Source of the DNA: an uncultured virus (IMG/VR IMGVR_UViG_3300037307_000895)
Taxonomy: Duplodnaviria > Heunggongvirae > Uroviricota > Caudoviricetes
Virus record (IMG/VR): IMGVR_UViG_3300037307_000895
DNA: 64,000 bases
Strand: one strand, 5' to 3'
Within the stretch, counting starts at the first letter, position 1. Every line of letters starts with the position of its first letter. Positions 38,726-45,596 of the stretch are shown piece after piece. The notes below the pieces were generated by a model, which saw only the letters and a list, made by a program, of their open reading frames with translations, was not told the DNA's origin and searched no databases. A program made the position numbers and the translations under genes.

Positions 38726-40459
38726 AGAATATATCATAAAAGTAGAAAGTGAAAAATATCCATTTTTTGACATTAAAAATATAGACATTAGAGATATTAA
38801 AGAAATAGGTAATGGAAGCTTTGAAGTTAATTATGATTTTAGTGTTGTCTCACGAATGGACTCAAAATGGTCTTTAAATAGAAGGGAAAAGAGGGTTTTA
38901 AATCTTATGCAAATAAGAGAGGAAAGAATAAACCAAATTTTAGATGTTTGAATTTTTTAAAAAGAAGGAAAAAGAATATAAAGAAGCCGAATTTCGTATT
39001 TTTAGATATCGAACCCCAAAACTACATCTTGGAAATAACATCATTGGAAATCAAAATAAAATAATAAGATTAAAAGATATCATAGTTCAAGAAATTGGAG
39101 GGATGTGTGAATTAAATGACGATGGGCTAATTGGACATTCACCGATGTTTGTAGATTCTATTTTAGATAAACCACTAACTTGTGAATATGCCTATGCCAT
39201 TAATTGTGATGGTTCAGTTAAATTTTTTAATACAATTGAAGAATGTTTAGAATTTTATTTCTATTCATTTTCTATTTACTCAAATCCTTATAAAAACTTT
39301 TCTCCCGATGATCGTGTATCAACACTTAAATATATTGATATTCCTATAATATTAGAATTTATGATGGATAAATGTATTCCAGTTTTTATAAATGACAATT
39401 ATGAAATATTTAAAGACAGAACAAATGCTTTAATAGGATATCACAGTATTGAAATGAATAGTTTTATGAATGCACTTCCAAAAATATTTTATGGATCTTT
39501 TTATATGGATTCAAATAGTAGAATAGTACACTCAATATCAGAGGAACTTTTAACCATGGATATAATTGAAACCAAGTCAGCACCATATAAACCATATGCT
39601 AATATACCTGGTAATTGTTTTGATTCAAACGGATTTGTTTTTTATAAAAGTGATGTAATAGAATATTCTAACTACAAAGAATACTTAAGACTTAATAAAT
39701 CATTCTTGAGAGATAGGAAAATTGAATCTATTCTAAACTAATAAAAATAGTAATTATATAAAAAGGGTGCAGGATATTAATGAGAAAAAAATATTTAAAA
39801 AATTACCTGATTATTTTCATATAAATGAAAATTTGACTAATTTTCAAAGGAAATCTATATCATATTCGTTGACTAGTGAAATGATTCAAGAAATAGGAAT
39901 AGACCCAGAGCCTTATATTAATGATATAATTTCAAATGAAATATTATCATATATACAAAAAACTTGCTTTAAAAAAGATCAATATTCTAATCCTTACTTT
40001 TTAGACGAAAGGGATAAAGATGAACAAAGAATTGTTGATGACTTATCTTATTTAACTTATTGTGAGTGTAAAAAATATTTCATTTCATCACCTAGAATAG
40101 TGACCTTACTATCAAATCATCCAATGTTTTCTGTATATTTTTCACACGCAGCTGGTATTGGAAGTTTATATAGTTTAATAGGAAAATATGATAAAACAGA
40201 AATATTAATTAATAACCTATTAAAACATGATGATAATTTTATACTACTATTTGATAGTGTTGAAATATCATTGAAAATAATTGATTCGAAAATTGTTGAC
40301 GAGGCAACATTTTCCCCAAGGACTATAATAGAATTTTTATTCGATTATAGAGTAATAAATCCCAAACCGGTTTATTTTATTGAAAATAAAGATTCGGAAT
40401 TCTATAGTGAATTTCTATTAAAGATTAGAGATGAAAAGATTAATAAAATTATAAATTAA
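38712..40459 (+). CDS. three hypothetical proteins with C-terminal tag (38712-38951, 38944-39741, 39767-40459)
   Basis: End IREERINQIL, LRDRKIESILN, IRDEKINKIIN. Confidence 0.55.
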
Positions 40460-40886
40460 TCTTTTGTACTATATCATCAAGAAATTCTTTAGATTCTTCT
40501 TCTGATAAATCATTTAAATCCTTACCATGTTCAACTGAAAAAGCATAATCACCAAGCTTTATTAGCTTTTTACCAGGTCCATCATTATCATATATTACAA
40601 TTTTCTTTTGTGGTAAGGTTTTTAACCAACCTACTAATTGTGGGCTTGGGTCATTACATAAAACTGCAATTCCAGGATATCCCGCCTGATGGACTCTCGC
40701 GATATCAAATATTCCTTCAGTTATAAATAAAAACTTATCTGTAAAATTATAAGATTCTAATCCCCATACAGCAATTTTCTTACCATATTGTTCATCTCCG
40801 ACCCAGTTATAATATTTTGTATCCTTAACATTATCTCTTTGACCTTTCTTTGGAAATTTTGGATTATACTTTTGATATCCAACCAT
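40449..40886 (-). CDS. TOPRIM-domain primase-like protein (N-terminus possibly truncated or frameshifted)
   Basis: FITEGIFD, YDNDGPG, KDLND. Confidence 0.75.
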   Translation of the reverse strand: MVGYQKYNPKFPKKGQRDNVKDTKYYNWVGDEQYGKKIAVWGLESYNFTDKFLFITEGIFDIARVHQAGYPGIAVLCNDPSPQLVGWLKTLPQKKIVIYDNDGPGKKLIKLGDYAFSVEHGKDLNDLSEEESKEFLDDIVQKINL

Positions 40887-41006
40887 TTGGTAATATCAAA
40901 ATATTGGCTTATCTTTGTATTAATAGTTGTTAATCTATTCAAAATTAACTGGTGGCGTTAAAGAAGTTCACGATAGTAACTTCCTAACAAATAAAATTAG
41001 GAAGAA

Positions 41007-41234
41007 ATGAAAAAGTTACTAGAGTTAATTGAACAACTCAAAATGGCCGAAAAAGAACAAAAAGAATTCTCTCAAATTGTTCGTAGAAAAATAAAAGGTA
41101 AATATGACCACAATAAACACCAAGCTTATATGGCGATTTACAATCACTATGGAATGAGAGAGAGATATGAAAAAATCAGAAATCTTAAACAAAAAATAAA
41201 TCAACTTCGTTTAAGATACTGGTATTGGGAATAA
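41007..41234 (+). CDS. hypothetical protein
   Basis: ORF track. Confidence 0.5.
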   Translation: MKKLLELIEQLKMAEKEQKEFSQIVRRKIKGKYDHNKHQAYMAIYNHYGMRERYEKIRNLKQKINQLRLRYWYWE

Positions 41235-41240
41235 AAAATA

Positions 41241-41272
41241 TTTGGTAGAAATAAAAAAAGTTTCTATCTTTG
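41241..41272 (+). promoter_or_regulatory. Bacteroidetes-type promoter of the large tRNA operon
   Basis: TTTG-N20-TATCTTTG; TAATATATA at ~41316. Confidence 0.75.
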
Positions 41273-41344
41273 TGTAACAAATCTCAAAAAAGATAAAAAG
41301 AGAGATTAAACTTTTAATATATAACAATATATAATAAACTAATT

Positions 41345-41458
41345 ATGAAACTGAATAACAGAAATATGACGATTATGAACCTCAATATGGTGGTGATTAC
41401 ATTATGTAATAGAACCTCATATCCGGGTTTTGCTCATATTCCTGATATTATTGTATAA
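41345..41458 (+). CDS. attenuator leader peptide (Leu/Asn/Arg/Met/Thr/Ile/Val/Cys)
   Basis: MKLNNRNMTIMNLNMVVITLCNRTSYPGFAHIPDIIV; TCCGGGTTT pairs with AGACCCGGA. Confidence 0.8.
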   Translation: MKLNNRNMTIMNLNMVVITLCNRTSYPGFAHIPDIIV

Positions 41459-41479
41459 TAGTTGTTGGAAGTAGTAGTA

Positions 41480-41510
41480 AAGACCCGGAACCAAAAGTTT
41501 CGGGTTTTTT
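41480..41510 (+). terminator. intrinsic terminator (attenuator)
   Basis: AAGACCCGGAAC..GTTTCGGGTTTT plus T tract. Confidence 0.85.
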
Positions 41511-41516
41511 ATTTAT

Positions 41517-41600
41517 GGCTCTGTGGCGAAATTGGTACGCGTCAGACTTAAAATCTGATGGACTGAAAAGTCCGTGTCGGTTCGACCCCGACCAGAGCCA
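41517..41600 (+). tRNA. tRNA-Leu(UAA)
   Basis: TCAGA-CTTAAAA-TCTGA. Confidence 0.92.
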
Positions 41601-41609
41601 CAACAAATT

Positions 41610-41697
41610 GGCTGAGTGGTGGAAGTAAACATGGTAGACACACTAGTCTTAGAAACTAGTACCGAAAGGTGTGAGGGTTCGAGTCCCTCCTTGGTCA
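41610..41697 (+). tRNA. tRNA-Leu(UAG)
   Basis: CTAGT-CTTAGAA-ACTAG. Confidence 0.88.
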
Positions 41698-41709
41698 CAA
41701 CAAAAATAA

Positions 41710-41788
41710 GCCTCCGTAGTCGAGTGTGCCTTCTAAGCATTTAATCGTAACGGAACTGAAAATGTGGGTTCGAATCCCACCGGAGGTT
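41710..41788 (+). tRNA. tRNA-Arg(UCU)-like, rearranged D-arm
   Basis: GCCTCCG/CGGAGGT, GTGC-CTTCTAA-GCAT, CGA/TCG followed by TAACGG. Confidence 0.65.
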
Positions 41789-41793
41789 CAAAT

Positions 41794-41878
41794 GGATGGG
41801 TTGCTTTAGAGGCCGAAAAGTCTGGGCTGTTAACCCAGTGTCGCAAGACCGCCGTGGGTTCGAATCCCACCCCATCCT
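41794..41878 (+). tRNA. tRNA-Asn(GUU), long variable arm
   Basis: CTGGG-CTGTTAA-CCCAG. Confidence 0.85.
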
Positions 41879-41883
41879 CACAT

Positions 41884-41957
41884 TGGAATGTAGCTCAAAT
41901 GGTTAGAGCGCGAAGCTGATACCTTCGAGGTAGTGGGATCGTTACCCGCCATTCCAA
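41884..41957 (+). tRNA. tRNA-Ile(GAU)
   Basis: CGAAG-CTGATAC-CTTCG; variant T-loop. Confidence 0.82.
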
Positions 41958-41959
41958 CA

Positions 41960-42050
41960 AGGGAAAAAATAAAAGAAGAGATAGAAAAATGTGTCTTAGT
42001 GTGTTCTAATTGTCATAGAGAGATACATTACGGTATAATTGATATAGAAA
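41960..42050 (+). pseudogene. HNH endonuclease C-terminal remnant
   Basis: Spacer translates REKIKEEIEKCVLVCSNCHREIH. Confidence 0.6.
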
Positions 42051-42131
42051 CGGCGTGTAACCCTCAATCCTGATAAGATTGCTACGGGTAATTGGTAAGT
42101 GAAAATGCAGGTTCGATTCCTGTCACGCCGA
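42051..42131 (+). tRNA. tRNA-Ile(GAU)-like, rearranged D-arm
   Basis: CGGCGTG/CACGCCG, CAATC-CTGATAA-GATTG, ACCC/GGGT followed by AATTGGTA. Confidence 0.68.
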
Positions 42132-42137
42132 CAAAAT

Positions 42138-42223
42138 TGATCGGTGGCCCGAGTGGCGAAGGGTCCGGCCTGTTAAGCCGACGTAGTAAAATACCACCGT
42201 GGGTTCGAGTCCCACCCGATCAG
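42138..42223 (+). tRNA. tRNA-Asn(GUU), long variable arm
   Basis: CGGC-CTGTTAA-GCCG. Confidence 0.85.
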
Positions 42224-42229
42224 CAATAA

Positions 42230-42314
42230 GCGCGGATGGTTCGAGTGGTCGAAGACGACAGTCTGCAAAACTGTATCCGAAAGGTCATCGTGAGTTCAAA
42301 TCTCACTCCGCGCT
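42230..42314 (+). tRNA. tRNA-Cys(GCA), long variable arm
   Basis: ACAGT-CTGCAAA-ACTGT, U73. Confidence 0.87.
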
Positions 42315-42320
42315 CAACAA

Positions 42321-42397
42321 GCCTTTGTAGCTTTAACTGGTAGAGCACCTGACTTGTAATCAGGGGGTTGCAGGTTCGAGTCCTGTTGAAGGCTCCA
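42321..42397 (+). tRNA. tRNA-Thr(UGU)
   Basis: CCTGA-CTTGTAA-TCAGG, encoded CCA. Confidence 0.92.
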
Positions 42398-42403
42398 ATA
42401 ATT

Positions 42404-42491
42404 GGGTCTATGGTGTAATGGCTAAACATCCTTCCCTTACAAGGAAGAGACGAGAAGTATGATCTTGGTTCGAATCCAAGTAGACCCACCA
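42404..42491 (+). tRNA. tRNA-Val(UAC), long variable region
   Basis: CTTCC-CTTACAA-GGAAG, encoded CCA. Confidence 0.85.
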
Positions 42492-42496
42492 AAAAT

Positions 42497-42579
42497 GCCG
42501 ATGTGGCTCAGTGGCGACAGCAATGGTTTTGTAAACCATCACCGTAAGGTCATCGGGGGTTCGAGTCCCTCCATCGGCT
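42497..42579 (+). tRNA. tRNA-Thr(UGU), long variable arm
   Basis: ATGGT-TTTGTAA-ACCAT. Confidence 0.85.
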
Positions 42580-42588
42580 CAGAAATAG

Positions 42589-42662
42589 AGTCTCATAGCT
42601 CAGTTTGGGAGAGCGCTTCTGTGACATGGAAGAGGCCACCGGTTCGACCCCGGTTGAGACTA
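42589..42662 (+). tRNA. tRNA-Val(GAC)
   Basis: CTTCT-GTGACAT-GGAAG. Confidence 0.85.
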
Positions 42663-42710
42663 CAAATAGTGATGGTGATGATGTAACCCCATCATCCGGG
42701 TTCATCACTA

Positions 42711-42782
42711 TGGAGAGTAGCTCAGTTGGTAGAGCACCGGACTGATTTCCGGTGGTCGATGGTTCGAGTCCATCCTCTCCAA
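42711..42782 (+). tRNA. tRNA-Ile(GAU)-like with 6-nt anticodon loop
   Basis: CCGGA-CTGATT-TCCGG, otherwise canonical. Confidence 0.6.
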
Positions 42783-42788
42783 CAAATT

Positions 42789-43050
42789 AGGGAAGTAACT
42801 CAGTGGCAGAGTATCCCCAGACATGGGGGGAAAGTCGTTAGGTTCGATTCCAGCCTTCCCTACAAATCAACGGTCTGATCAACTGTTGACTGAATGGTTC
42901 GAAACATTCGATTGATTATGGTGTAAAGGGCACACCCGTTTCGTAGGGAGGTTTAAGGTTCGATTCCTTATTAATCAACAAAGTGGGAGATTAAGGGACA
43001 CACTCTGGGTTAAACCCCAGAAATAGATAGGTTCAACTCCTATCCCCACA
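42789..43050 (+). ncRNA. three tRNA-like elements with undetermined anticodons (42789-42862, 42912-42979, 42983-43050)
   Basis: Acceptor stems and TTC T-loops present; anticodon arms aberrant. Confidence 0.5.
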
Positions 43051-43054
43051 AAAT

Positions 43055-43127
43055 GCCGTAGTCGTATAATGGTTGATTACACGCCGTTGGTATCGGTGAG
43101 ATGGCAGTTCGAATCTGCTCTATGGCT
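43055..43127 (+). tRNA. tRNA-Thr(GGU)
   Basis: CGCCG-TTGGTAT-CGGTG. Confidence 0.88.
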
Positions 43128-43239
43128 CTGTAAGCATGGTAGTTGCCCTTGTTTGACTGAAATAGTTTAACCCGCAGATAAGCTAGAAGTAAGGAAAAAA
43201 CAAAAAATCTACTCGTCACTGCGGGAAGTGACGTTTTAT

Positions 43240-43320
43240 GTCCAGATGATGAAATTGGTAAACATACCGGCATGAGAGGCCGGCGCCAAAAGCTTGTAGG
43301 TTCGAATCCTGCTCTGGGCA
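43240..43320 (+). tRNA. tRNA-Leu(GAG)
   Basis: CCGGC-ATGAGAG-GCCGG. Confidence 0.85.
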
Positions 43321-43321
43321 C

Positions 43322-43476
43322 TGATGTTGTGGCGGAATTAGGTATACGCGGGGGTCTGGTTCGATATGATTGATGTTGGGTAAACTCCAATGTCTTCCAC
43401 TCAAGAACGAAAACCGCCGTCTGATGGATAAGTGGATAATGAAGTCAGATTGTGGGTTCGAGTCCCACCAACACAA
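43322..43476 (+). ncRNA. Leu-like tRNA scaffold with an insert replacing the anticodon loop
   Basis: TGTTG/CAACA, GCG..CGC D-arm, ~55-nt insert, GTCTGA/TCAGAT variable stem, canonical T-arm. Confidence 0.5.
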
Positions 43477-43478
43477 AT

Positions 43479-43561
43479 GGATTTGTGGCGAAATTGGTAG
43501 CACGCGCTAGTCTTAGGAACTAGTACCGAAAGGTGTGAGGGTTCGACCCCCTCCAAATCCA
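43479..43561 (+). tRNA. tRNA-Leu(UAG)
   Basis: CTAGT-CTTAGGA-ACTAG. Confidence 0.92.
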
Positions 43562-43569
43562 CTAAAAAT

Positions 43570-43655
43570 GCCGCTGTGAACCGATGTGGTAATGGTGCCT
43601 CCCTCATAAGGAGGTTGGTTTTATCCTATTGCTGGTTCGAGTCCAGCCAGCGGTA
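43570..43655 (+). tRNA. tRNA-Met/Ile2(CAU), long variable region
   Basis: CCTCC-CTCATAA-GGAGG. Confidence 0.82.
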
Positions 43656-43656
43656 C

Positions 43657-43821
43657 ATGAATATAGACTTAGATAAACAAATTGAACTAACAAAGATTGA
43701 GTTAGATTCTTACAAATCAAATAAGTATTCTGCTAAAGAAATTGTTGATTGGTTAGAATCTGTTTATAAATCTTTATTAGAATTAAAAAGGCTCAATGGC
43801 GAAATTGGGAGTACGCGATAG
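43657..43821 (+). CDS. small hypothetical protein inside the tRNA array
   Basis: MNIDLDKQIELTK...; 3' end overlaps tRNA-Leu. Confidence 0.4.
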   Translation: MNIDLDKQIELTKIELDSYKSNKYSAKEIVDWLESVYKSLLELKRLNGEIGSTR

Positions 43822-43874
43822 ACTCAAAATCTATTGGTAGAAATACCGTGTGGGTTCGATGCCCACTTGAGCCA
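43790..43874 (+). tRNA. tRNA-Leu(CAA)
   Basis: ATAGA-CTCAAAA-TCTAT. Confidence 0.9.
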
Positions 43875-43876
43875 CT

Positions 43877-44098
43877 ATGGTTTATGGTGTTAATAAATGT
43901 TTGTATAAAATAATTGGACTAAATGGTGATAAAAAGGTGGGTACTATAAAAGTAGTAGCACACACCAAATTAGAAGCTTATTATTATTGCAAAGACTTAT
44001 TACCAAAACATAATAAATTCGACTATCATCATATAAAATTTGTTGATTGTGAATGTGGTCCGATTTTAGAAAAAAATGATTTAAAAAGAAAGAAATGA
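43877..44098 (+). CDS. hypothetical protein
   Basis: ORF track; its stop overlaps the asn leader ATG. Confidence 0.5.
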   Translation: MVYGVNKCLYKIIGLNGDKKVGTIKVVAHTKLEAYYYCKDLLPKHNKFDYHHIKFVDCECGPILEKNDLKRKK

Positions 44099-44142
44099 AA
44101 ATGATTGTAAATAACAGGAATAATTTAACAGATTCGGTCTGA
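44095..44142 (+). CDS. attenuator leader peptide (Asn/Arg-AGG)
   Basis: MKMIVNNRNNLTDSV; GTCTGAT pairs with ATCAGAT of the terminator. Confidence 0.78.
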   Translation: MKMIVNNRNNLTDSV

Positions 44143-44172
44143 TTGGATATTCCTTGCTAAAAAATACAAGAT

Positions 44173-44200
44173 AACCCATCAGATTTCTGATGGGTTTTTT
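44173..44200 (+). terminator. intrinsic terminator (attenuator of asnS)
   Basis: AACCCATCAGA-tt-TCTGATGGGTT plus T tract. Confidence 0.85.
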
Positions 44201-44228
44201 ATTTAAAAAAAAATTAAAAATTAAAATT

Positions 44229-45407
44229 ATGAAAGGGTGGATTAAATCAATACGTCAATCAAAAAGCTTGATGTTTATTTCAGTAACAGATGGTGTTAAA
44301 GATCATCAATTAACCTTGAAAGAAGGTGAATATGAACTTGAAGGTGAATTAAAAGTAGGTGCTTCATTTACTGCAGAAGGTTATGACTCTATAACACCGA
44401 AAGGGTTCGAAGAATTTGTAGTATCTAAAATGATAATAATTGGAGAATCAGATGATGAATATCCAATACAACCAAAAAGGCACTCATTTGACTTCCTAAG
44501 AACTATACCTGAATTGAGAGGAAGAACAAAAGGATTTCAATCAACTTGGAAGATAAGACATTACTTATCTCAACTAATTCACCAATTTATGTCTGAAAAG
44601 GGATTTTTTCAATATTGGACACCAATTATAACTCAAGCGGATTGTGAAGGAGCTGGTGAAACATTTACTGTTAAGTCTGATTGGTTAGAAGAAAAATTAA
44701 CAGTTTCAGGCCAACTACATGGTGAAGTAGGAATGATGTCTCTTGGAAAAATCTATACTTTTGGACCTTGTTTTAGAGCGGAAAAGTCTGCTACTAAAAA
44801 ACATTTGTCTGAATTTTGGATGTTAGAGCCTGAAATGGCATTCTATTCTTTAGAAGATACTATTTCTTTTTCCGAGGAAATGTTGAAGTATGTATTAACT
44901 CAAATAGTTAAACATGAAGAAGATTTCAAAAGACTTGAGATTGATACTTCTCATATAACATCTATCATAGATAAAGATTGGGTTAAAATTAGATATGAAG
45001 ATGTTTGTAAAGAATTTAAATTAGATTTTGGAGAAGATGTTTCTTCAGAGATTGAGAAGATGATGATAGATAAATATAAATTGCCTATTTATATTACACA
45101 TTGGCCAAAAGATTTGAAACCATTCTATATGAAAAAGTTTGAAGAATATGCTTATTGTTTTGACTTAATTTTTCCAGAAGTTGGTGAATTGATAGGTGGT
45201 TCTGAAAGAGAAGACTCTTATCAAATTCTGAAAGATGAAATGGAGAAAAGTGGATTAGATATGAGTAAGATGGATTGGTATTTAAAAACAAGAAAGTGGG
45301 GCTCGGTTCCACACTCTGGATTTGGACTTGGTTTTGATAGATTAGTAACATTTGTTTGTAAACTACAAAAGATTCATGATTCGATACCCTTCCCAATAGG
45401 GTATTGA
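44229..45407 (+). CDS. asnS: asparaginyl-tRNA synthetase
   Basis: DCEGAGETF, LTVSGQLHGE, FGPCFRAEKS, HLSEFWMLEPEMAF, GELIGGSERE, PHSGFGLGFDR. Confidence 0.95.
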   Translation: MKGWIKSIRQSKSLMFISVTDGVKDHQLTLKEGEYELEGELKVGASFTAEGYDSITPKGFEEFVVSKMIIIGESDDEYPIQPKRHSFDFLRTIPELRGRTKGFQSTWKIRHYLSQLIHQFMSEKGFFQYWTPIITQADCEGAGETFTVKSDWLEEKLTVSGQLHGEVGMMSLGKIYTFGPCFRAEKSATKKHLSEFWMLEPEMAFYSLEDTISFSEEMLKYVLTQIVKHEEDFKRLEIDTSHITSIIDKDWVKIRYEDVCKEFKLDFGEDVSSEIEKMMIDKYKLPIYITHWPKDLKPFYMKKFEEYAYCFDLIFPEVGELIGGSEREDSYQILKDEMEKSGLDMSKMDWYLKTRKWGSVPHSGFGLGFDRLVTFVCKLQKIHDSIPFPIGY

Positions 45408-45412
45408 TATAA

Positions 45413-45484
45413 GGTCCCGTAACTTAACGGAAAAGTCACATCCTCCTAAGATGTTGTATATGGGTTCGAATCCCATCGGGACTT
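45413..45484 (+). tRNA. tRNA-Arg(CCU)
   Basis: GGTCCCG/CGGGACT, ACATC-CTCCTAA-GATGT. Confidence 0.9.
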
Positions 45485-45596
45485 CATTTTTAAAATTTTT
45501 TAAAAATGAATAGCTGAAAAGTTAAATATTATATATATATGTAATATTCTCACGTCATTCTTACCCACACTATAGTTAAAAAATCACATAATAAAT

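Noticed and set aside
39767..40459. Degenerate major-capsid (gp23-like) domain (DEATFSPR)
   Set aside because: Similarity is too weak to call by eye; it needs HHpred or structure prediction
1403..43821. ORF-track entries overlapping tRNA arrays (e.g. 1403-1765, 9391-9651, 21426-21802, 23812-24174, 41513-43607)
   Set aside because: Shadow frames over GC-rich tRNA genes, with no protein-like features
1210..44200. T-box riboswitch as the explanation for the leaders
   Set aside because: No T-box GGTGGNACC motif or Stem I was seen; the leaders are short and contain codon-biased ORFs instead
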